Of a stretch of DNA of 64,000 bases, positions 29,138-38,489 are shown piece after piece (position 1 is the stretch's first letter; every line of letters starts with the position of its first letter). Below the pieces are notes generated by a model that did no database searches, was not told where the DNA came from, and worked only from the letters and a program-made list of their open reading frames with translations. The position numbers and the translations under genes were made by a program. The stretch covers positions 23,056 to 87,055 of the forward strand of contig JAYSYY010000046.1 of assembly GCA_043727215.1 (NCBI GenBank). The letters are read 5' to 3'. The DNA is from Chitinophagaceae bacterium (GTDB lineage Bacteria > Bacteroidota > Bacteroidia > Chitinophagales > Chitinophagaceae).

Positions 29138-30221
29138 CCATCGTAAGCGCATACACTGCAAATGATGCCAGCCAATGTTCTCCTGCATAGTTGCCACTGG
29201 CTACCTGCGGCAGTGCTGCTGATAAATGTTCATTCGCTATTTGCCGCAAATGATTATTATTGATCCGGCCTGCAATGCCCTGCATGCACCAGGCCCTGCT
29301 CAGGTTTAATCCGTCCAGGTGCACCAGTTTCCCATCGCTGCGGTCTTTCACGATACCCGGCGCTAATTTAAAATGGCTGTCAAATAATTGTGGCATAAAT
29401 TTTTTCAGCCAGGTGCTGTATGCGGGTGCAGGCAACACTTTTCTCATGAGGTTCGCTTCTTCCAGGCACGGACTTAAAAAATCGCTTCCGCCCGGTTCCC
29501 AGGTAATCGGACAATTTTGATCAGCAGAATAAAAGCGTAGTGCGGCCTTACGAATGGCATTGGATAAGGCCGTATCCTTTTGATGTAATGAATAGTCCTG
29601 CATCAGGCTTAAGCCAAATGCCAGGTTGCTGTGTTCCCCTACCCTGATTGGGTAAACCAGTTTATCCAAATAAGCGATCGTTTTCCTGGACAGTTCTGTT
29701 GCCAGTGGTTGCAGCGCATCTGCCCACTTTTTTGCATCCGGATCTTTCCAGTTCATTAATTCATCCTGTAACTGCAGCAGCCATGCCCAGCCGTAAGTGC
29801 GTTCAAAACTTTTATTTTCTTTGGATCCAAAAACTTTTAATTCCTGCAGGATATTAGCGCTCGTAAAATGAGCATTAAAAAGGTCCCGGATCTTACCAGC
29901 CTCGGGCATTGCAGGATACAGTTTCAGCAGCCGCACCAGCATCCAGTGGCCATGCACACTACTGTGCCAGTCGAAGCATCCAAAAAATGCGGGATGCAGG
30001 TTCCTGGGCGCTGTTATCCATGAGGAATCATCGTAGGTGATGCCGGGTTTATAGGGAAATTCATGTTCGGCACATCTGAGGGGGAGTTTTGCAAAATGGG
30101 ATGCACCGGATTCGGTTAGCACGATCTTCCCATTTTTAGTTTCATAATTTACTTCCTGTGCACGGGCACAAAACGCAACCATAAAACAACCCAGCAGCAG
30201 GAAATTTTTTTTACCCTTCAT
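29130..30221 (-). CDS. DUF2891 family secreted protein
   Basis: HPAFFGCFDWHSSVHGHW, FERTYGWAW, HLDGLNLSRAW, YAGEHWLASFA. Confidence 0.92.
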   Translation of the reverse strand: MKGKKNFLLLGCFMVAFCARAQEVNYETKNGKIVLTESGASHFAKLPLRCAEHEFPYKPGITYDDSSWITAPRNLHPAFFGCFDWHSSVHGHWMLVRLLKLYPAMPEAGKIRDLFNAHFTSANILQELKVFGSKENKSFERTYGWAWLLQLQDELMNWKDPDAKKWADALQPLATELSRKTIAYLDKLVYPIRVGEHSNLAFGLSLMQDYSLHQKDTALSNAIRKAALRFYSADQNCPITWEPGGSDFLSPCLEEANLMRKVLPAPAYSTWLKKFMPQLFDSHFKLAPGIVKDRSDGKLVHLDGLNLSRAWCMQGIAGRINNNHLRQIANEHLSAALPQVASGNYAGEHWLASFAVYALTMGE

Positions 30222-30297
30222 TGTATCTATTTTTGGTCAACAAATAACGGCTATTTTTCCATTACACTATTCTATATCGCCTATTAATGAAACAGCT

Positions 30298-30963
30298 TTG
30301 CTGGTTTCTTTTGAAAACAGCATTGATGAAGGCATTAATAATTGGGTAATGGCTTTGCAAGAGGTTTTACAGCAAAAACATTTCAAAGGATTTATCGAAA
30401 CTGTACCTGCCTACGCATCGCTGGCCATTTTTTATGACATGGTAAAAGTGACAGCTAATTATCCAATCCATACAACCGTTTACGATTTTGTAAGGGATTT
30501 TACGGAACAATCGCTCAATGCCCTGGTCGGGTTTTCCTCACAGCACACAAAACCGCCCATCTCTCTTCCAGTTCATTATAATGGAGAAGACCTCATTGGT
30601 CTCGCAAACCTCCATCATCTTTCTGCAGAAGAAGTGATTAAAATTCATACCGGAAAAATTGTCCGCGTCTTTATGATCGGTTTTTTACCAGGCTTTGCTT
30701 ACATGGGTAAAGTAGATGACCGCATTGCAACAGCAAGGCTGGTTTCCCCGAGAGCAGTTGTAAAACCTGGCAGCGTGGGTATTGCAGGGTCGCAAACTGG
30801 GATCTATCCCCTGGCTTCTCCAGGAGGCTGGCAACTGATCGGGCAAACACCCATTAAAATATTTGATAGTAAAAAAGAAACGCCTTGTTTTTTTCAGGCA
30901 GGCGACCTCGTACAGTTTGTCGCCATTAGCAAAAAAGAATTTGACCAATTAAATGAGTATTAA
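30298..30963 (+). CDS. pxpB: 5-oxoprolinase subunit PxpB (start uncertain)
   Basis: ETVPAYASL, GFLPGFAYMG, GSVGIAG.QTGIYP..SPGGWQLIG; operon with pxpC and pxpA. Confidence 0.9.
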   Translation: MLVSFENSIDEGINNWVMALQEVLQQKHFKGFIETVPAYASLAIFYDMVKVTANYPIHTTVYDFVRDFTEQSLNALVGFSSQHTKPPISLPVHYNGEDLIGLANLHHLSAEEVIKIHTGKIVRVFMIGFLPGFAYMGKVDDRIATARLVSPRAVVKPGSVGIAGSQTGIYPLASPGGWQLIGQTPIKIFDSKKETPCFFQAGDLVQFVAISKKEFDQLNEY

Positions 30964-31936
30964 GATCATCAGGGCAGGGATATTGGCTACCGTGCAGGAT
31001 TCCGGCAGAACCGGTTTTCGCAGTATCGGCGTGGGAAGCGCGGGTGCCATGGATCTTTTTGCAATGAAAGCTTCCAACTATTTATGCGGCAATGACGGCA
31101 ATGAAGCCGTGATAGAAATTAATTTTCCTGCACCGGAAATATTGTTTGAGCAGGATGCCATTGTCAGTATAACCGGTGCCGATTTCTCCGCAAACATAAA
31201 TGATAACCCAGTACTGCCCTGGAGAACCCTGCTTGTAAAAAAAGGGTCTGTCTTAAAATTCAAACGACCTGTTTCTGGAGCCAGGGCGTACCTGGCAGTT
31301 TCCGGGGGATGGCAGTCAGGTAAATGGCTGGGCAGCTACAGCACGCATCTTAAACTTTCTGTGGGTGGGCATTCAGGAAGAGCCTTGCAAAAAGATGATA
31401 CCATTTCCTTCCCGGCAGCAAATAATTTTTTTGGCAATAAAATATTACCCGCTTTTATTCCCGGGGCTGAATTGGAAAAGGTCTATCAACCAGCGAATAA
31501 CATACGTTGCCTGCCAGCACCGGAGTATGCGATGCTAACGGAAAGCAATAAACGAAAATTGGAGCAATTGCAATTTGTCATCAGCCATCAAAGTGACCGG
31601 ATGGGCTACCGTTTAAAAAATGAACCGCTTATGCCGGAACAGCCATTTGAATTACTATCTTCCGCCGTGGATATGGGTACCATCCAATTATTACCCGATG
31701 GTACGACCATTATCCTTATGGCTGACCATCAAACTACGGGAGGCTATCCACGGGTGGCGACTGTAATAAAAACAGACCTCCCAAAACTGGCACAGGCAAG
31801 TCCGGGACAGGCACTTAACTTTACTATGATTTGTTTAGCCGAAGCAGAAACCTGTTACACCAATATGCAGCGAAGCCTTGAAGAGATAAAACAGGCCTGC
31901 CATCTAAACCTAAAAATGATTTTATCCCTTGATTGA
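30953..31936 (+). CDS. pxpC: 5-oxoprolinase subunit PxpC
   Basis: TVQD.GR.G, GAMD, SDRMGYRL, DHQTTGGYP. Confidence 0.92.
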   Translation: MSIKIIRAGILATVQDSGRTGFRSIGVGSAGAMDLFAMKASNYLCGNDGNEAVIEINFPAPEILFEQDAIVSITGADFSANINDNPVLPWRTLLVKKGSVLKFKRPVSGARAYLAVSGGWQSGKWLGSYSTHLKLSVGGHSGRALQKDDTISFPAANNFFGNKILPAFIPGAELEKVYQPANNIRCLPAPEYAMLTESNKRKLEQLQFVISHQSDRMGYRLKNEPLMPEQPFELLSSAVDMGTIQLLPDGTTIILMADHQTTGGYPRVATVIKTDLPKLAQASPGQALNFTMICLAEAETCYTNMQRSLEEIKQACHLNLKMILSLD

Positions 31937-32642
31937 TATTAACTGCGATATGGGAGAAGGACTGGAAAATGAAAAGGAGCTGATGCCTTTCATCTGTTCG
32001 GCCAATATTGCCTGCGGTTACCATGCCGGTGACGCGGATACCATGAAACGCGTCATTCAGCTTTGCCTGGAATACAATGTGAATGTGGGAGCGCATCCTT
32101 CTTTTGCTGACAGGGAAAATTTTGGGAGGACGGCTATGCTGTTACCCGAAACGATGATAACTGATTTGATCTTAGCCCAGCTGGTTACCATCAATAATAT
32201 AACAATTGAATGCGGAGCGCGGCTAATTCATGTGAAACCACACGGCGCACTCTATAATATGGCTGCAAAAGACCCGCTGCTGGCCCGCGCGATTGCGCAG
32301 GCTGTGAAAGATTTTGATCGGGGCCTTATTTATTTCGGACTTTCTGGCTCCGTCATGATTGATGAAGCAAAACATGTTGGGTTACAGACTGCCAGCGAAG
32401 TTTTTGCAGACAGGACCTATCAAAAAGACGGGTCATTAACGCCACGTACCGAACCCAATGCGTTATTAAATGATGTGGCGGCTGTGAAAAAACAGGTAAT
32501 CAAATTTGTAAATGAGCAGAAAGTAAAAACTGTAACCGGCGAAGAAATTTTTATGCGGGCAGATACCATTTGTATCCATGGCGATGGGGCACAAGCCATT
32601 GAATTTGCCCGGGCTATTCACAAAACATTACATGAAAAATAA
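31929..32642 (+). CDS. pxpA: 5-oxoprolinase subunit PxpA (LamB/YcsF)
   Basis: DINCDMGEG, NIACGYHAGD, HVKPHGALYN, EVFADR.Y, ICIHGD. Confidence 0.95.
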   Translation: MIDINCDMGEGLENEKELMPFICSANIACGYHAGDADTMKRVIQLCLEYNVNVGAHPSFADRENFGRTAMLLPETMITDLILAQLVTINNITIECGARLIHVKPHGALYNMAAKDPLLARAIAQAVKDFDRGLIYFGLSGSVMIDEAKHVGLQTASEVFADRTYQKDGSLTPRTEPNALLNDVAAVKKQVIKFVNEQKVKTVTGEEIFMRADTICIHGDGAQAIEFARAIHKTLHEK

Positions 32643-33810
32643 CTCCTTTCTTTCAGGGCCGTTGATGGGTGCAGCTTTCCTGATGGCTACTTCTGCCATC
32701 GGGCCGGGGTTCATTACACAAACGACAAAGTTTACTGAAGAATTGAAAGCCAGTTTTGGTTTTGTTATTCTCATTTCTGTTTTAATGGACATCGGCGCCC
32801 AATTAAATATCTGGAGGATTATAAGTGTAAGCAAATTATACGCACAGGATGTGGCCAATAAAGTATTGCCGGGCTCGGGATATGTATTATCTGTGCTCAT
32901 CATCCTCGGCGGCATAGCATTTAACATCGGCAATATTGCTGGTGCGGGACTCGGGCTTCAGGTATTAACCGGGTGTTCTGTGCAAACCGGTGCCGTTTTT
33001 AGCTGTGGCGTAGCCATCATCGTTTTCCTTGTTAAGGAGGCGGGAAAAGCGATCGATATTGTTGCAAAGGTACTTGGCTTTGTCATGATTGCATTAACCT
33101 TGTACGTGGCATTTCAATCTAATCCACCAATGGGCGAGGCGGTTTTTAAAACTTTTATCCCAGACCACGTTAATGAGACTATTATCCTCACCATTGTTGG
33201 CGGCACCGTGGGCGGCTATATTAGTTTTGCCGGTGCGCATCGTTTATTGGAAGCGGGTATCAGTGGATCAGAAAATATCCCGCAGGTTTCACGGAGTGCT
33301 GTTTCAGCGATTTTGATCGCCTCCCTCATGCGGTTTATTTTGTTTATCTCCGCTTTAGGCATTGTATGGCAAGGCATCGTTTTAAGCAAAACCAATCCCG
33401 CTGCCACCGTATTTGAAAGTGCAGCCGGCGCATTAGGGTATAAAATATTTGGCCTGGTGCTATGGAGTGCGGCTATTACTTCGGTAGTAGGATCAGCATT
33501 TACATCTGTTACCTTTGCAAAATTGTTGCACCCATCTGTTGTAAAAAACTTCCGGCAAATCATAATTGTCTTTATCCTTTTCTCTACTTCCATTTTCCTG
33601 GTCGTGGGACAACCAGTAAAAGTATTGATTGCGGCTGGCGCGGTAAACGGCCTGATCCTGCCATTTGCACTGGCTATTATTTTATTAGCCGCACACAGAA
33701 AACAAATTTTGGGAGCGTACAAACATCCGTACTGGCTCTCTGTGTCCGGATGGATCGTTGTGGCGGCGATGAGTTATATGGGAGTGAAGGCTATAACAGG
33801 ATTGTTCTGA
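32632..33810 (+). CDS. NRAMP-like (YcsG-type) transporter, probable 5-oxoproline permease
   Basis: GAAFLMATSAIGPGF, AFNIGNIAG, GGTVGGYI; translationally coupled to pxpA. Confidence 0.85.
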   Translation: MKNNSFLSGPLMGAAFLMATSAIGPGFITQTTKFTEELKASFGFVILISVLMDIGAQLNIWRIISVSKLYAQDVANKVLPGSGYVLSVLIILGGIAFNIGNIAGAGLGLQVLTGCSVQTGAVFSCGVAIIVFLVKEAGKAIDIVAKVLGFVMIALTLYVAFQSNPPMGEAVFKTFIPDHVNETIILTIVGGTVGGYISFAGAHRLLEAGISGSENIPQVSRSAVSAILIASLMRFILFISALGIVWQGIVLSKTNPAATVFESAAGALGYKIFGLVLWSAAITSVVGSAFTSVTFAKLLHPSVVKNFRQIIIVFILFSTSIFLVVGQPVKVLIAAGAVNGLILPFALAIILLAAHRKQILGAYKHPYWLSVSGWIVVAAMSYMGVKAITGLF

Positions 33811-33978
33811 ACTATTTTGCCGGGAAAGATTGGTGGACAGCAGCTTTTCTAAAACAATCCGATAAAATTTTATACCTTAAACACAGGGATGTATCCATTG
33901 CTGCTTTTTCTTTGCCTGTTGTTCAGGTGAAAATAAATGGCAGATCGAAATGGAAAAGGACGAACAACTATTACTAAC

Positions 33979-35172
33979 ATGCAACCAATAACTGCTTCCA
34001 ATTTCAAAAGAATTGAGTCAATCGATCTTCTCCGAGGGCTGGTAATGCTCATCATGGCACTGGACCACGTGCGGGATTATTTTCATGCCGGCGCATTTTT
34101 GTATGATCCGCTGGACCTTGATAAAACGACGCCCGTTTTATTTTTTACAAGGTGGATCACCCACTTTTGCGCACCGGTCTTTATGTTCCTGGCAGGCACT
34201 TCCGCATTTCTTGTGGGGCAGAAAAAGGCTAAAAAAGACCTGTCCCTGTTTCTCCTGAAAAGAGGCTTGTGGCTGGTGTTCCTGGAACTGGTAATCGTAA
34301 ATTTCGGCTGGAACTTTGCCATTGGTTTTCCCACCATTTTATTCATCGTGATCTGGGCATTGGGCGTGAGTATGATAGTGCTGGCCGCATTCATACAGCT
34401 TCCCAAACCAATCATCCTGGTAGTCGGTATTGTATTGGTAGCCGGGCATAATCTCCTGGACGGCATCCAGGTGAATGGTAATAATCTGCCTGCTTTTGGA
34501 TGGTCCCTGCTGCACCAACCTAATTTCTTTAACTGGGCAGGTAAAAGCTTTTTTGTAGGGTACCCCGTACTTCCATGGATCGGTGTAATGACTTTAGGTT
34601 ATTGCCTGGGTGATTTGTATAAAAATGGCTACTCCCCAGAAAAAAGAAAAAAAAATCTGGTGATTATCGGTCTTTCAGCTATTAGTTTATTTGTTCTAAT
34701 TCGCATGGTGAATATTTACGGTGACCCGGCCCCCTGGAGCAAACAAGACTCGCCCCTGCTCAGCTTTCTTGCCTTTATCAAAACGTCCAAGTACCCTCCT
34801 TCCCTTCTGTATATTTTAATGACCCTCGGGCCAGCTATTGTTTTTCTTGCGTTCACAGAAAATGCCCGAAACATAGTAGCAAAATTTATTTCCGTGTATG
34901 GAAGGGTGCCCATGTTTTACTACATCCTCCACATCTACCTGATCCATTTACTCGCAATGATCAGCTCGGAATTGTTTACCTCCGTAGACTGGCGCATATG
35001 GTTTCTTGAACAACCCTTATGGTTTAATGATGCCCTTAAAGGGTATGGCTTTTCGCTGCCGGTCGTTTACGGAGTCTGGGTGCTGGTTGTGATTGGTTTA
35101 TACCCGCTATGCAAAATGTACGATAGCTATAAACAAAATCATAAAGAGAAATGGTGGCTGAGTTATCTCTAG
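33979..35172 (+). CDS. DUF1624 / HGSNAT-like membrane protein (copy 1)
   Basis: RIESIDLLRG..M..MALDHVRD, TRWITHFCAP, KYPPSL, EKWWLSYL. Confidence 0.88.
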   Translation: MQPITASNFKRIESIDLLRGLVMLIMALDHVRDYFHAGAFLYDPLDLDKTTPVLFFTRWITHFCAPVFMFLAGTSAFLVGQKKAKKDLSLFLLKRGLWLVFLELVIVNFGWNFAIGFPTILFIVIWALGVSMIVLAAFIQLPKPIILVVGIVLVAGHNLLDGIQVNGNNLPAFGWSLLHQPNFFNWAGKSFFVGYPVLPWIGVMTLGYCLGDLYKNGYSPEKRKKNLVIIGLSAISLFVLIRMVNIYGDPAPWSKQDSPLLSFLAFIKTSKYPPSLLYILMTLGPAIVFLAFTENARNIVAKFISVYGRVPMFYYILHIYLIHLLAMISSELFTSVDWRIWFLEQPLWFNDALKGYGFSLPVVYGVWVLVVIGLYPLCKMYDSYKQNHKEKWWLSYL

Positions 35173-35207
35173 ATCGTATACAATCTTCAACAAAAAAAAA
35201 CTGCAAA

Positions 35208-36410
35208 TTGACAGCAACATTTACGCCCGCACAAAAACGAATTGAATCAATTGATATCCTTCGGGGACTGGTGATGATCATTATGGCGCTGGACCATGTG
35301 CGGGACTATTTTCACATTACAGCCAATATCGACAACCCATTGAACCTGGCTACCACCACCGCGGAATTATATTTCACCCGCTGGATTACGCATTTTTGCG
35401 CCCCGGTATTTGTTTTTCTTTCAGGCACTTCTATTTACCTGCAGGGTTTAAGAAAAACAAAAAAAGAGTTAAGCGGGTTCCTGGTTAAACGCGGGCTATG
35501 GCTTATTATGGCAGAACTACTCATTATATCCCTGGCCTGGACATTTAACCCCTCCTATAACTTTATCCCTTTGCAGGTGATCTGGGCCATCGGGATCAGC
35601 ATGGTGCTCCTGGGCCTGCTCATCTATCTGCCATTTTATGCCATCCTGGCCATGGGCCTGCTTATTGTGTTTGGGCACAACCTTTTAGATTTTCCTGAAG
35701 CGGCCAAGGGTTTTGAGCCTACCTTTTTGTGGGACCTCGTGCATAGTGCACGATTTACCCCTTACGCCTTTTATAAAGATCATGCGGTGATTATTGCTTA
35801 TCCTTTCCTTGCCTGGACGGGCCTCATGATGCTGGGCTACTGCGCTGGAAAATTTTTTACCAAAGAATATTCACCGGAAAAAAGAAAAAAAATACTCATC
35901 GCTACCGGCCTTGCACTCATTGGCTTTTTTGTACTGTTGCGTTTCTCTAATGTTTACGGAGATCCTATGGACTGGACACCTCAAAAAAATAGTCTTTATA
36001 GCATCCTTTCATTTCTTAATGTAAATAAATACCCACCTTCTTTGTTATACCTGTGTATCACTATTGGACCAGCATTGGTCTTCCTTGCTTACATCGAAAA
36101 AATAAAAAATGGATTTACACGCATTATGTCTTTATATGGCAGGGTGGCATTCTTTTACTACCTACTGCACATTTACCTGATACATTTGTTTGCCGCTATC
36201 GCATTTTTTATGAGAGGACATTCGTTTGAAGAAGCCAGCCAGACAGGAAATGTGTTTCCTTTTTATTTTCTCATACCTGGGGAAGGTACTGGTTTGGGCA
36301 TGGTATACCTTGTTTGGCTTGTGGTGGTTATTTTGCTCTATCCTTTATGTAAGTGGTACGACAGGTATAAAACCAGGCACAAGGAAAAATGGTGGCTGAG
36401 TTATTTATAA
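35208..36410 (+). CDS. DUF1624 / HGSNAT-like membrane protein (copy 2)
   Basis: Same motifs as copy 1; TTG start chosen by alignment to the paralogs. Confidence 0.88.
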   Translation: MTATFTPAQKRIESIDILRGLVMIIMALDHVRDYFHITANIDNPLNLATTTAELYFTRWITHFCAPVFVFLSGTSIYLQGLRKTKKELSGFLVKRGLWLIMAELLIISLAWTFNPSYNFIPLQVIWAIGISMVLLGLLIYLPFYAILAMGLLIVFGHNLLDFPEAAKGFEPTFLWDLVHSARFTPYAFYKDHAVIIAYPFLAWTGLMMLGYCAGKFFTKEYSPEKRKKILIATGLALIGFFVLLRFSNVYGDPMDWTPQKNSLYSILSFLNVNKYPPSLLYLCITIGPALVFLAYIEKIKNGFTRIMSLYGRVAFFYYLLHIYLIHLFAAIAFFMRGHSFEEASQTGNVFPFYFLIPGEGTGLGMVYLVWLVVVILLYPLCKWYDRYKTRHKEKWWLSYL

Positions 36411-36425
36411 AAAAAAGACGACTAT

Positions 36426-37745
36426 ATGATAAAGAAAATTTCCCTTGGTTTGATTGTAATACTGTTCATTACGACCATTTTGCGGGCACAAACGGCGGTG
36501 CAGGTAAAACAAATGGCCTATGCTGATTCAGTGCGCCTGGTAGATATTTACAAGGACCTGCATCAAAACCCGGAACTGGGTTTTATGGAGGTACGGACGG
36601 CTGGCATTGTGGCCAAGGGATTAAAAAGCATGGGTTACCAGGTTATTACAGGCATTGCAAAAACCGGCGTGGTAGGGATATTCAAAAATGGTAGTGGCCC
36701 TGTCGTGATGTACCGGGCAGACATGGATGGCCTGCCGGTTAAGGAAAGAACGGGATTACCGTATGCCTGCACAAAAACAGGAAAAAGGGAAGATGGCACG
36801 GAAACACCGGTGATGCATGCATGTGGACATGATGCCCATGTGACCTGGTTCCTGGGGGTTGCAAAAATAATGATAGCTTTAAAAAATGAATGGAAAGGAA
36901 CCTTGGTGCTCGTAGCGCAACCCGCAGAGGAAACTGTACTGGGAGCTAAGGCGATGGCAGCTGACAGTCTCTTTAAAAAATTGGTGCCAGTCCCCGATTA
37001 CCTCTTTGGCATGCATACAAAAGCAATAGCAGTGGGCAAAGTGGAAAATGGTTACGGGGCACGTTTTGCCGGCACCGACCAGTTGGATGTTAAATTTACC
37101 GGGATTGGAGGTCATGGCTCTGCCCCCGAGATGACAAAGGATCCCGTGGTAATGGGTGCCGCTGCCATCATGCTGTACCAAACAATTATCAGCAGGAACA
37201 TTGCTGCCCAGGATGCTGCAGTGCTCACGGTGGGTTCATTTAATGCCGGCGTTGCAAATAATGTAATACCTGCCTTTGCAGACCTTAAATTGAATATCCG
37301 CTGGTTCAATGAAAAAACAAGGACCGTTTTATTAGATGGCATAAAAAGGATCAACGAAAGTATCGCATTATCCAATGACCTGCCCAGAGACAAATATCCC
37401 GGCATGACTATGAAAGGAAATGCCTCTCCCCTGGTAAATAACGAAGCCATGGTGAATAAAATAAATGCCGCATTGGTCAATGTATTAAATCCACAGGATA
37501 TTATCAGCAATACCCCATCAATCATGGGATCGGAAGATTTTCACCACCTCGTTTTTGATAATAAAAAAACGGTATATGACTACATGATGGTAGGCACGGC
37601 AAACCCGTCACTGGTTACGCAGGCTCAGCTTGCGGGGAATACTGCTCCCTTTTCCGCACACAATGATAATTACCAGGTAGACCTCGCCTCTATTCCACTG
37701 GGGGTGCAGGTAGGTGCTACAGCCTTGCTGGAGTTGTTTAAATAA
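36426..37745 (+). CDS. Secreted M20 family amidohydrolase (hippurate hydrolase-like)
   Basis: Signal peptide (LRA|Q); HQNPEL, RADMDGL, MHACGHD, QPAEE, GGHGS, GSEDF. Confidence 0.9.
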   Translation: MIKKISLGLIVILFITTILRAQTAVQVKQMAYADSVRLVDIYKDLHQNPELGFMEVRTAGIVAKGLKSMGYQVITGIAKTGVVGIFKNGSGPVVMYRADMDGLPVKERTGLPYACTKTGKREDGTETPVMHACGHDAHVTWFLGVAKIMIALKNEWKGTLVLVAQPAEETVLGAKAMAADSLFKKLVPVPDYLFGMHTKAIAVGKVENGYGARFAGTDQLDVKFTGIGGHGSAPEMTKDPVVMGAAAIMLYQTIISRNIAAQDAAVLTVGSFNAGVANNVIPAFADLKLNIRWFNEKTRTVLLDGIKRINESIALSNDLPRDKYPGMTMKGNASPLVNNEAMVNKINAALVNVLNPQDIISNTPSIMGSEDFHHLVFDNKKTVYDYMMVGTANPSLVTQAQLAGNTAPFSAHNDNYQVDLASIPLGVQVGATALLELFK

Positions 37746-37761
37746 TAACACGATCATTCAA

Positions 37762-38424
37762 ATGAAAAATAAAATAATTAGTGTTTTTACCGCTGCACTC
37801 GCAAGTTCGCTGGCACTTTCGGCACAGGTGCAGGTAAGCAAAGAGCCGCTGCATAAAAAAGTGGTAGAAAACAATTACATCCGGCTTTTGAATGTATGGC
37901 TTCAGCCAGGCGATACAACCCAGTTTCATATTCATTCTACACCATCTGTTTTCCTGCATTTTTCGGATGTCACTATTACTACCCAGGTAACTGGCGGGGA
38001 ATGGTTGAGAGAACAAACGGTTCCTGGGAAGGCTCTTTATCGTACTTTTTATCCCGATAGTATGGTGCACAGGGTGAGTAACATAGACACTTTGCCTTTC
38101 CATGTGACCGATATAGAAATACTGTCTGCCTTCAAACCAGGAAATTTGCTCAAGCCCCTGCCTTTTACATTGTTGTTTGAAAATGAAAAAATATTTGCAT
38201 ATAATTTAAATGGAAACATCTTAGGCACCGGCATTATCAATGGCAGAGGTCCAATGATCGCCGAACTTGTATCAGGGGGGCCCGTTTATTATGAAGATAC
38301 CCTAACGAAACAAAAAACAACAATAACAGCGGGGGGCTACTTGTACATTGAACCCGGGACATCTTTTTCTTTGAATTTTAAAGGGAAAGAAAAGCTGAAC
38401 ATGGTACTATTTGAAATCAAATAA
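37762..38424 (+). CDS. Secreted cupin-like hypothetical protein
   Basis: Signal peptide (LSA|Q); PGDTTQFHIH...HRVSN cupin-like motif. Confidence 0.6.
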   Translation: MKNKIISVFTAALASSLALSAQVQVSKEPLHKKVVENNYIRLLNVWLQPGDTTQFHIHSTPSVFLHFSDVTITTQVTGGEWLREQTVPGKALYRTFYPDSMVHRVSNIDTLPFHVTDIEILSAFKPGNLLKPLPFTLLFENEKIFAYNLNGNILGTGIINGRGPMIAELVSGGPVYYEDTLTKQKTTITAGGYLYIEPGTSFSLNFKGKEKLNMVLFEIK

Positions 38425-38489
38425 ACAGGCTGAAGTAAATCTTACCATTCAGTGGCATTCGCCAATGTCAGGAAAAATGCGCCTGCACA

